A stretch of DNA of 64,000 nucleotides. Origin: Phoronis australis (Eukaryota > Animalia > Phoronida). Position numbers and translations under genes: made by a program. The notes beneath the pieces are model-generated. The model saw nothing but the letters and a program-made list of their open reading frames with translations. It was not told the origin of the DNA and ran no database searches. Shown here piece by piece: positions 13,901 to 24,625 of the stretch. The stretch covers positions 138,930-202,929 of the forward strand of contig NMRA01000662.1 of assembly GCA_002633005.1 (NCBI GenBank), written 5' to 3'. Numbering within the stretch: the stretch's first letter is position 1; each line of letters opens with the position of its first letter.

Positions 13901-16900
13901 GCAGTCGAGCAGTTATCGTGAGAGTCTAAACGCTCACCAGGGTTGAAAACCACAAAAGCCGTGCCATTGTAATACGGATTTAAACCCCAACGCGCAAATC
14001 ACGCGCTGTTTTCTGTTTCTAATTTGCTACACACATTGAGCAAATTATATTTAAAAAAGATCGCTTTCAATGTTATGAATGCAAGTATGGAGCATTGTGT
14101 CACACATTGCTTGTATTGTGTCTACCCACCCACAATCACTTATGTTATGTGTTAATCAGTCTTCATAGTTTGTTTAGAGAATACAATTGCAATATAAGGT
14201 TTGCTTATAGCAAACTAAGAGAAATAAGTGGCGGCACCTTTGATTTTTTTTCTGATACGAACAACGTCTTTAAAAGGACAATAAACCCTCGCCCTCAGTC
14301 AAAAATCTATTTTTTATTTAAGCCATTTAATGTTGTAAAATTGTCCGTAACCACGTGGTTCAGATCAGGCACATCAAGTTTACTGGTCACGGCGGGTTAG
14401 GTAAACTACGGCCATCATAAGAATTCCCGAAGTTTGATTGCAAGAAACTTCAATTCAAAAAGGGTAAGAAAACGGAGAGGTTGTTTTGAAGGTGTAAGAA
14501 CGTCAACGAATAAAGGTGTATCTAGAATAAAGGTGTATCTGACACCAGAGCAGAGCGACTTCAACAAATCAGAAAAGCAAAGAATACACGTGTCTCGTGT
14601 CGCAGTGATTGGAAAGTTCACAGTGAGAGCCTGACTTTGTAATCAAAACAACAATAATGATATGATGATAACACAAACACTTTGTATTTCCTGTGTAATT
14701 CTAACTATATGCAAAGTGGGCTTATATCTACAAAACACTGTCACATGGTCATTCTACCATGAACAAGGCCTGAGTCAAAGTGTTTTCAACGAACACTTAA
14801 CACTAAGCCACACCAAGTGTCGTATAGAGTCATGTCGACCGCTTTACGCTGTGTAAGGTGTTGAACATTTAGAACCCTGCCTTGTAATTATTCATCATAA
14901 AGTTACACAAGTACAAACTATTTCAAATATTTTTCCTTTCTCACCTGAATCCGGTGACGGGATCAAACGAGCTTGTAGTAATATTTCTAGGTAGGTGATT
15001 ATGTCACTTTCTACACAGGCGAATGAATCACTTCCAAGTGTGGAAAACAGACGCGGATAAACAGGCCTTCCTTGGCTAATAAGTTATTTATTAATCAACA
15101 ATGCAACTAGCTGGAGATATTCAGCCGTTGATTTTGAGCCGCTTAGCTGAATGGTCGACCATTCAGGCGTGGCCATGTGTCTCCGACACTTTTCTTCTGA
15201 GGCCAGACACGCTACCACAACTCAAGCTGTGAGCGGAGAGATTATCCCCAGTTAAATGAATCGTTTGGGAGCAGTTTATTGTCTGCGCGGTCGTTAATCG
15301 GCTAAAACGCGAGACGCATTCTACCACTAACGAAATTGGGCTGCTTGCTGAGACGGCGGCGAGACAATAGCTTACCAAAACGTAAACGTGTGTCCAAAGA
15401 AATGGGACGTATTATGGGAGATCTTTCCTATTGATTAATTTAGGGAAGCTGTGAGCTGCTCAGTCTAATCATCAGATCAAACCCGCCGCAGTTTAACGAT
15501 ATAGTGAATACCACTATCGGCCCAATTACGCTATTAGTAGCTAGCCGGAATTCCCCTGTTATTGTTGCGCATTGTTAAAGAACGACCGTTTGTCACATTC
15601 TGCTAGGGAGATGGTTTACTTTTTCCTAACATGTGTATTGAAAACCCTCACAAATGGACAGCAATCAAGCAATTCAATGAAACGGATATAGCATACAGGG
15701 CGCAACGGAACAGGTTGTTTGAAGAATAGTTTTGCTGTGCTGCACATTCTTCTCGCGGCGGGGTATCGATAAAAGAATGAAAAACATGTCAGACCCTGTC
15801 GATTATCCCACAAAACTCGTGAAGAGACCCAATTCAACCAATTCCATCTAACAGCGTATCAATAAGTCCCCCGCTGCTCCATTGTTGTCCCATAGGACGA
15901 GTTAACGGGGATTGGGCTTCTTGTTTGAGATCGCCCACTAGAAATTGGGCAATTAGTCAGTGATAGGACTCAGCGCAGCAGGACCCAAAGGTGACGGGAT
16001 TTAAGCGAGCGCGCAGGTGTTAGAGTTTCATTCTTCCAAAAGAAAGCCAGATCCCGAGGGTCTACAAGGCAGGGACAGGTAAATTAAATGAGTGACAGAT
16101 TGGGCTGAAATGGCATGTTGTTATGATTTGATGTAACAGAAATAGTCTTGTTTAACTTTTACACATGTCGCGTGCTAAAGAATGGTCTGAGCTTGAAGCA
16201 AGTCAAGAAAATTGTGAGCACCGTTCAACACCGTTTGTTCACATTTCATGGTGAAGTTTATTAAACATTTTGGTTAGAATCAAGCAATGTTTTCTTGCAT
16301 AACATATTATTTATGGTTCATATGTGATCGCAGATGTGCATACAAAAGATGTTTATGAGTGAAACATAATCTTAATGAGATATGCCAAACATTGATCAAG
16401 TCGAAATGCCAAACGGCGTGTTTTTCTCATCGAGGACCGGTGACAAGCGCTGCCCGAAGGTAACTCGACGTTATCGCGTTGTTCGCCGTTTTATTGTATT
16501 CGTTTTATATACAAAGTGCTAGCTCGGCTTTTTGCTACCCTCGATAGCGACAAAATTTTTCTTAGTTTAATATGTACTGACAAAAAGAAATACAAAAGCA
16601 CATTGGAAAATGAAAGAAATTTATCAGCTTACCCGTTGTAAATTAAATTGAATATTGCGTGGACAACTATACTACGTTATTTTTCGCATTTCAAATTTCT
16701 TTCGCATTTGAAAATACGCGGCGCTAATTCGATGTAAATTTTGGAGGGGACAAAATTATACTTCTTGTATTTTTGTACAGATATAGCACAGCATTCTTCG
16801 AATTTCCTCATTGTAAAAATCATGCGCTATCACGTGAAACGTGCTAATTATGAGACGAGGGAAGCTTAACATTGATAAAATACGATCGAACGATGCGAGT

Positions 16901-17320
16901 TCCATGGTGGAAGGCATTACCAGTCATGTGATGTTTCTATCGATGTTAATTCGTATTTGATTCACTCTCATATGATCATCTGAACATCCTTTCCGTTCTT
17001 TCACGTGTCGCTGTAATTCGCTTTGGATTAAACACGGGGCCCTCAAAGTTCCCGCCCCGTTATCGACTACATCCGGTGACGTGTTGTTCACAAGGCACGT
17101 GGTCTCATCATGGCTCCCATTAATTTCTGACATTTTTCCTATTTTGAAACCCAAATTATTTTTTCACCTTTTTCTCTAAAAGTCGCACTGGAAACTCTGA
17201 AATTCGTTGAAGTTTTGACTTCTATTTCACGATTTTTCTATATTTACCCTTCTTCACATAACACCATTTTGTTAAGGTTTTATCGTTAGTAGTAGAGGAA
17301 TTTGGGAATTAATTTTATCA

Positions 17321-17392
17321 ATGAACAACCCCCATATGAGAGCATACGATATGAATGAACAACCCCCATATGAGAGCATGCGATATGAATGA
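17321..17392. repeat. 34 bp tandem duplication
   Basis: atgaacaacccccatatgagagcatRcgatatga x2. Confidence 0.85.
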
Positions 17393-20227
17393 ATGACTAA
17401 TATATAATACTCATAAATATTTTAATAGTCTTATTACGTGATCAAAACGATTACGACTTCATTCACATAGCAGATTTAACTTCCCCTGTATGACCATTCC
17501 GCCGTTTTATTATGATGTTTAATTAGCTAGAACGTAAAGGTTCGCTTTTCAATGGACAACGAAAATCAACCACTTAAATAGCAAAAGAATTTCACATGAA
17601 AACTCAATCAGTGATTAATCGGGTGTCACCATAATTCAATGCGTAACAAAAATTCGTGAAGTGTGCCTAAGCGCGCTTGTCGAAAAGAAATAAAAATATT
17701 TATCCGTCTCAAATTTCTTTCGCGTTTGTTAGTACAGCAGGCTAATTCGATTTAAATATTATGCAACTGATTAAGTGTGTGCTGAAAGGTGTACGAATCA
17801 AAGTTTAACAACCGGTGAACACTTCGTCCCGTCTGTCTTTCTTACAATACAAATTCGATTCAATGAAGAGTTCCCGGCTGTGCATACCGGTTTGACATTC
17901 CAAGCCATTCTAATTGTTTACGACTAAAATCAATTACGTTATTTATTCCGATAAGAGACGGAATTCGCTGTACTGTTAAGAAAATTGATGACGAGCATTT
18001 TGCGGAAATTCGTAACGAGGGGCTAGCTTTCGTCGTTGACTTGGTCAATGGAGTGCCAACTCAAATAAAAAAAAACGATATTTGAATACTTACTCAGACA
18101 ACTGAGAAATGGGCTCAACAATAAACGTCTACTACGTAAACATGATTGCTTTTAAATTGCTAAATTAATCTAAATATTTTTAGTTAGGATAAAATCATAA
18201 TCGCAACTTGAACGGTCCGACTGAGGTACTATTTTGTAAATCAAGCGCTTGTATTGGACTTAACATTCCAAGGGGTTGACATTCAACTTCACGGGGATTA
18301 GTATGTTGAAGACCCCCTACACTTGGCTTACCTTGTCAGTGGACTGTGTGGGTGAAAATTTAGTGGATACCGACCTTCTTATTCATTTAAAATTGTGAAA
18401 AAGACAAGTTCCGATTTCTTAGCAAAACATTTTACTCATTAAAGCCTAATTTTGATATGTTATATTAACCATGACACTCTTAACTCGAACAATACAAGAT
18501 TTTAGCTTCTAGCGATAAATAATTTTCAATCTGCTTACATGCTTTTTTCGTCTCTCAACCATTTTTCGTATTTGCGCGATTCAAGGATTGCCCCCGCAGT
18601 TTTGCAATGTTACCCTATTGCTCGGTTAAGATGGAGAGTTTGATAGTTTAGTACGACTATAAAAGATCTAAGTTGCTTTTTATTTACACATATGACGGTA
18701 CCCAACTGTTCCTGTCCCGGCCGGCTACTCCGAAGTCGGCAACTATGACGGCGAGTCTAGCGGATACGTTTTTTTCACATAGGCGTTGCTGGCAATTGTT
18801 GACGAATGAACAATACTTCGCATGAATGCAACACTATGTTGTTAATTGTCGTTTCCAAAGAATATTTAACGCTAATGAGACCGATATAAAACTAGGCTAG
18901 AGGGATCTTTCTTCTTAATGAGAGTCTGGTTTTATCGTTTGGTTCTATCTAATGCCGTTCTACGTGCTCACGGTATTCTCCCCTCATTGAAGCTGATTGC
19001 TCAAATTTTGAATGTTCTACAATATGTATTTTTCCCAAACAGATCCTAATGCAGTTCTTATGTTAAAACTACTGTTGACTAACAATCATTGACAAAATTT
19101 TTGCGATGTACCAACCAGTGTCCTGTTGCTAGGCAAAGTTGAGATATGCAAGGAGTGTTTCCTTTTTCTCAAGTCATCACACAGTAAATCCAAAATGATA
19201 TCTCCCAATGTTTATTCCTGTGGTCTTCATCTGGTTAAGTCATTCACTCATTAAGTGGCATAAAACCCCACACGCCTTTGAACCTGCCGAAACTGACAAA
19301 ACTAGGCATCTAATAGTGAAGTGCGCGAATTCTCATGCGCGCCTGGACTCTTCCGTGTTGGAGGCGGTAAATGCTGTTCCCTCGATCCATCTTTATGATT
19401 TATGACAACATGTGGGATTCGTGTGCGCGTTTAAAAAATATTAAGCAGAGCTCTTACAGTCCGTGTATTATATGTGGAGTAGATTGTAGACGTAATGTCT
19501 GCGACCGAGTGAATCTTCTTTTTAAGTTTACTTCCTTGCATTCCTGTTTTGCAGTCGCATATTAGTTATCCGACGCTAGGCGTTTGTCTGCTAAATATTG
19601 TCGCGCCAACGTATTTTTACATCTGAAGCGAGCCTAGAACAACCTTTCCAACTACATTCCAAAAATATGAGAATTTAGCAAAAGCGCTTCAGTCTATAAC
19701 ATTTCAATTGACCTGTCGTTCATTCATGCGATCGTTAGGGGGCCTATAATCTATTTAACAGAAACGTACAGAGATCTTAATATCGTCTAAATTGATACAT
19801 TTAGAAGACACATATTTTGATCTAAAATCCAGTGTTTCCGAATGGTTTGTAGATGTATTACGATATTCACACAGTTGTTGAAATACTTTCAACCGTCGCC
19901 TGACACTACACATCGTGTGTCATTCACCATGCCATGATAGAGTCGACGCGTTGGACACATAATGATTTCGGATATAATAAATCTTAGTTTGTTTGCTTTC
20001 AATTTATCGTAAACAGCAATATAAACGTCAAAACATCACGAAAACAGATGTACAAGAGAATACCAAAAAGTTGTCCCGTGATTGTTTCAGTCAAGAGATC
20101 CAGTATTTGACACAACATTGTTCCCGCGCAACCTGCGTTTTGTATAGCCGAGGTGTCGGCTAGACACCCAATATTAGCAACAGTTGCGATCATCGCTACT
20201 GTTTAGCTTTTGCTGTTCTCTACTACC

Positions 20228-20285
20228 GATGACGTCATCACCATCAGGTTTATATAAGCCGACGTCCACCACTGACAAATCATTC
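20228..20285 (+). promoter_or_regulatory. Core promoter of the CYP7-like gene: CRE palindrome + TATA box + Inr
   Basis: GATGACGTCATC (20228-20239, full CRE TGACGTCA), TATATAAG at 20251, and Inr-like TCATTC at 20280-20285 with its A 31 nt after the TATA start, ~175 nt upstream of the ATG. Confidence 0.7.
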
Positions 20286-20455
20286 ACACTCACAAACGGC
20301 TGCGGGTCCAGCAGTTTGCGACCAGCTTCAAACGAACTGATAGTCTATGCGTTACAATAGCAGACGACACGGTTAATTGACAGCTTGATTTTTTATCCAC
20401 AGAGTTGACAGATTCGGACTGAGCCTAAGCACGACAACTGCGATTAGAAGATAAA

Positions 20456-20538
20456 ATGGGGATTGTTTTGCCGATCTTAATTGCCGCCGCTCTTGTGCTG
20501 GGAAGCTATTACATATTATCCACGTTATACAGAAAAAG
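20456..20538 (+). CDS. CYP7A1: CYP7-like exon 1 (membrane anchor MGIVLPILIAAALVLGSYYILSTLYRK)
   Basis: ATG in AAAATGG context, hydrophobic helix followed by basic residues, donor AG|gtaagc. Phase 2 matches the exon 2 acceptor. Not present in the ORF track. Confidence 0.85.
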
Positions 20539-23500
20539 GTAAGCTCTTTTGACATGTTCACATTCCATTGATGTCATTTTTATTCATAACCACCGGTAAC
20601 ACAAGGAGACGTTATCGATGACATATACGTACGCGTTGTTAGTGCACGTGCGCGAGAGTGCAATGTGATAGTAAAGCGGACATTTACAACAGTTCCGACG
20701 AAGTAAATCCTTTCTAGGCATAAAAACAGACACGTAAACCACATCTTAATCGCATGATCTCACGAGAAACAAATGTGCGGCCGGAGTTGCAGAAATTTAT
20801 CGCCAACAATAGAATACTTGCGCTTGACAAAAATTCTCGGGAGGGCTATTATGAAAACAATAGGAAGAGTTTGTCGGGTCGACAAAGCGTTTCCTGTTTT
20901 GTTTATGACTTCATTTAAAAGTCGTAGGAGAATGATCTCATGTGCCAGCCATTAAACCGGCGATGAAAACAGGGTATAACAACACTCGCGGTGTCAGCTC
21001 AGCGGTCACGGACAAGATGTCACGGGCGTTACTGACATTTGAAAGAGCAAAAAGCTGTACGTGAACGACTATAAGTTTTGTCTTCAAAAGTTTTGAAAAT
21101 GGTCAAGAGATAAAAAAGATTGCCAGAATTAAGAAAACACGGCCACATTGATTGATTGAAATGCGAACTGTCGGCCGCCACGTGTTCGGTTAACGGCATT
21201 TTCACTTAGAGCGGTTTTGACTTTCTTTTTGAGATGGTTGTTTTGAAAATATTTTAATATCTTAATATAGAAGTTTATCAAATATTCGATTCGCAGTCGT
21301 GTGGCAATGACTTGTTTGAAGGATAGAATTCATGCCGTCAAAACAACATCTGACTGGACAAAAATGGTATTGAGCGCTTTTCTGTACACGTCTTATGGAA
21401 AAATGCTAAAATAAACGCTTTGTCGCTTAACCGACTTGTATGAAAAATCCTGATCGGTGCCGTTGCGAGGCACGCCGATAGACTCACTCACATCGCTCCC
21501 ACCTGGATTTCGAAAATCTCAACTCACTGGCTACGTCATCACTCCCACACACTCGAAAAGCGCGCAGCAACCTATGAAGTGGTTCGCCGTGAACGCGTGA
21601 GCACCGACAGTAAAGGAGAGCTGCAATTGTTTTAATAACTTACAGTAATTGACTCTAGAAACTGCTCAAGAACAGCTCATAATCCAAAACGTGACAGGCC
21701 AATCCTTCGTGTCTTAAAGAATATTAATAGCGTAAAAACTGTATATAGGCTCAGTTTGCGTAGGAACCGGAGTCTGTTATGACGTACACACGTATGTAAA
21801 CGCAAACTGTTACAACGTGCAACAAATACCAGCCGACTATAAATCTATATGAATTGATAAACTACGTTCGGCGTTAAATTAAAAAAACAATATTCATAAA
21901 ATTCTAATTATCTATCAGTTCAGTCAATTATTAGTTTTAATGAACCAGTTTTGCTGGAACTTATTTAAATTTGTTCGTAAAGTTCATGCTTTGCTTACCA
22001 TTAGTATCAATGGTACTTTTTATGTGAACATTAACTGTTATTTATTTCAGACGTTACAGAGCTTAAAATTGATCAATGTTAATTTGTTATACATTTCTTT
22101 GTTTTACAGGCGAGATGGAGAGCCCCCTATTGTGAAAGGTCACGTGCTGTGGGGCAGCGGAGAAGATTTCAACAAGCATGCTGTAAACTTTTTACACAAC
22201 TGCCGAAAAGCATACGGAAAAATATTTACAATTCGTTTACTAAACCAGTACATGACGATTGTGGCAGATCCACACAGCTACGACAGCTTTTGCAAGGAGA
22301 AAAATTTCGACTTCGACCCGATTCAAAAACAGGTCAATAACAACGTGTTCGGTTTTGTTTTGAAAGACGCAAAATCGCAGATTAAAGCTGCTTCCAAAAC
22401 TGTGCGCGGCGCAGCACTGGAGAACAATTTGAGAAGCTTTTGCGAAAACCTAGACGAAGCCATTACAATTACAACCCCTGACTCAGACAATAATAACCCC
22501 TCCAAAGAGTGGACGGAAATTGGTTTGCGCGAGCTCACGTGCAAAACCATATTCCACGCCATTTTTTACTCCATCTTTGGACGTTCCAGTAAAAGCGACA
22601 TTTTCGACGCAGTCCCCTATTGTAAAGAGTTCGAAATCTTCCATCACTACTTTAACTATCTATGGCTGGGACTTCCCCTGAAAATGTTTCCCGAAGCAGT
22701 GAAATCTCTGGAGAAACTTATCAAAGTTCCCAGCTCAGAACAACTTCTCAGCAACGGAGACGCGTCGGAATACATCCGTGTGGCTATAGAATTCATGCGC
22801 AACGTTGGTCAAACAGAGACTGATATTATTGGACACAACCTGGTCTATTTGCACGTGAATTACAACACGTTCAAAATTGCATTCTGGATGCTTAACAACA
22901 TTCTCGAACATCCCGCGGCGCATAAAGATCTGATGACGGAACTGGACGAACTGGTTAAAGAGAAACAGCACGTGACAGGAGAGGAGGACGTGAACCTCTG
23001 TTTGGCGGACATTGAGGGCATGAAAGTTTTAGGTAGGTTGTCTGTCACTGTGGATCTGAACATTTTGGCCTTTACATGTTTTCAAACGATAATTTTCCTA
23101 ATTGTTTATCAGTTTTTTAATTAAATTCTCTAATGTGTGTCTGGCTCAGACACCAATGTTATTTTTGTTAATATTAGGCGTATTCGAAAATGGGCAGGTG
23201 TCGTTCGAACTGCCAGAGTCCTACGCTTAGGAATGTGTTTGGTGGAGCAAGCCAACAATTTCTGTATAATGCGAGGCTTGTGTGTTCCATTATTCGTCAA
23301 CATTCCAGCGTAAATTGAACAAATGTGAACAATTAGAATTTAAAGTGCTCTGTTTATGCAGCTGACTAGAACAAAAATGGCGGCCACACTCGACGGTTAA
23401 CACGTGCGAGTTTTTTCTTTGGACTTAATGTTCCCTTTTCTATCCTGTGTGCCATTGTTTCATTACTATTAAACATGTTATTACGATATTTCCGCACAAA

Positions 23501-24339
23501 TTCTGTTTTCGAGCGGAATATTTTTTAGCCTTTTTCGCACATGGTACAAAAGAGGGCGATCCTCCCTTGTCTCTTCAAGGCACTCCCGCTCCTGTAAAGA
23601 GTTCCTGTTGAGAAAGAATTTGATGTTAGTTCATATGGACGCTCTCTCAGTTACTGTTTTCTCTTGATTACAGACAGCGTCGTGAAAGAGAGCTTCCGTC
23701 TTGCCAGCGGTGTGTTCATGGTGCGTTACGTCGTCGACGACACTGAATTTACCTCAGCAGACGGGTCTACTTACTATCTTCGTAAGGGTGACCGCGTGGC
23801 TGTCTATCCCCCAGCTATCCACAAAGACCCAGAGATGTTTGAAGACCCCCTGGTGAGTGATGTTGGAAATATCTTTACTTCAACCTCTTGGCATATTTGT
23901 GCGTTATTCGTCTGTGTCCTCGTGTATGGCATATTCTGACAGTTTCTGTTTCACCTCATTGTAACTTGAATTTCAGAAATTTAATTTGTTTCTCACTAAA
24001 AGATATTTTATTTGCTAAAGTTAAATAATGTTGCGTTTTGCTGTGTTACAGGTTTTCAAGCACGACAGGTTCATCGACGCTACTTTTTACAAAGACGGCA
24101 AGGCAGTTAAGCACCCTATACTTTCATTCGGTGCTCTATGTCCGGGAAAACGTTTAGCGCTTGTTGAAGCCAAAATATTCATCTTGTCTATGTTAAACAA
24201 TTTCGAAATGAATATAATGGACGGTGAGAAAGCCGAATATGACAACAAATACCACGGACACGAGATCTTGCCCCCTGTCAGCGATGTCAAGATGCAATAC
24301 AGAGAAAAGGCTGTTAAGCACCGGCTTAGTTTCTTATAA
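20456..24339 (+). CDS. CYP7A1: Cytochrome P450 clan 7 (CYP7A1/CYP8-like sterol hydroxylase); join(20456..20538,22110..23032,23674..23852,24052..24339), 490 aa
   Basis: Four exons join in frame through GT-AG introns (83+923+179+288 = 1473 nt). The protein has an N-terminal TM anchor, an R-R-D-G-E-P-P hinge, an I-helix with NT, ExxR (KESFR), the PERF-like DRF and a heme Cys in FGALCPG. These resemble recalled CYP7A1 motifs (GEPP, LDSIIKESLRL, FKYDRY, CPGR). The symbol is family-level; exact orthology is not established. Confidence 0.9.
22110..23032 (+). CDS. CYP7A1: CYP7-like exon 2
   Basis: Acceptor tttgttttacag|G, open frame RDGEPPIVKGHVLWGS...MKVL, donor G|gtagg. Lies within ORF 21940..23124. 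Confidence 0.93.
23674..23852 (+). CDS. CYP7A1: CYP7-like exon 3 (K-helix ExxR)
   Basis: Acceptor gattacag|AC, frame DSVVKESFRLASGVFMVR...HKDPEMFEDPL, donor |gtgagt. Confidence 0.93.
24052..24339 (+). CDS. CYP7A1: CYP7-like exon 4 (heme-binding Cys, stop)
   Basis: Acceptor tgttacag|GTT, frame VFKHDRF...SFGALCPGKRLA...ILPPVSDV...SFL*. Confidence 0.93.
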   Translation, partial: VFKHDRFIDATFYKDGKAVKHPILSFGALCPGKRLALVEAKIFILSMLNNFEMNIMDGEKAEYDNKYHGHEILPPVSDVKMQYREKAVKHRLSFL

Positions 24340-24414
24340 TAGCAATCGTCTGAGATGAATGGGTAAATCTGAAGCTGTCGTTGAAATGCTGCACGTCATT
24401 CAGAAACTCACCAG

Positions 24415-24625
24415 GGGTGCGTTCTGTAGACAAAGTTTCTTGCGAGATCACGCAAGATTACGCCAGTGAAAAGAGGGTTTCGAGAGTGTGCTCGAGATCT
24501 TACTAGAAAAATGGAGGTGATTGGCAGCCTGAATTAGGGATATAATTCATAAATTATAGATTTCATAAAAAAGTATTTTTCACCACAAGAGCGTGGCTAA
24601 TGTCTCAGGTCTACGGAACGCAACC
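24415..24625. mobile_element. PIF/Harbinger-like MITE in the CYP7-like 3' UTR region
   Basis: TIRs GGGTGCGTTCTGTAGAC / GTCTACGGAACGCAACC flanked by a 3-bp CAG duplication. A related degenerate pair occurs at ~32655-32777. Confidence 0.65.

Noticed and set aside
18222-18243. let-7-like sequence TGAGGTACTATTTTGTAAATCA
   Set aside because: Mismatch at position 8 and several others, with no complementary star arm nearby.
21940-22109. N-terminal part of the 394 aa ORF (MNQFCW...) as the P450 start
   Set aside because: This is AT-rich intron sequence ending in a clear acceptor at 22109; the real anchor exon is at 20456-20538. The ORF tails 23033-23124 and 23853-23939 are likewise intronic.
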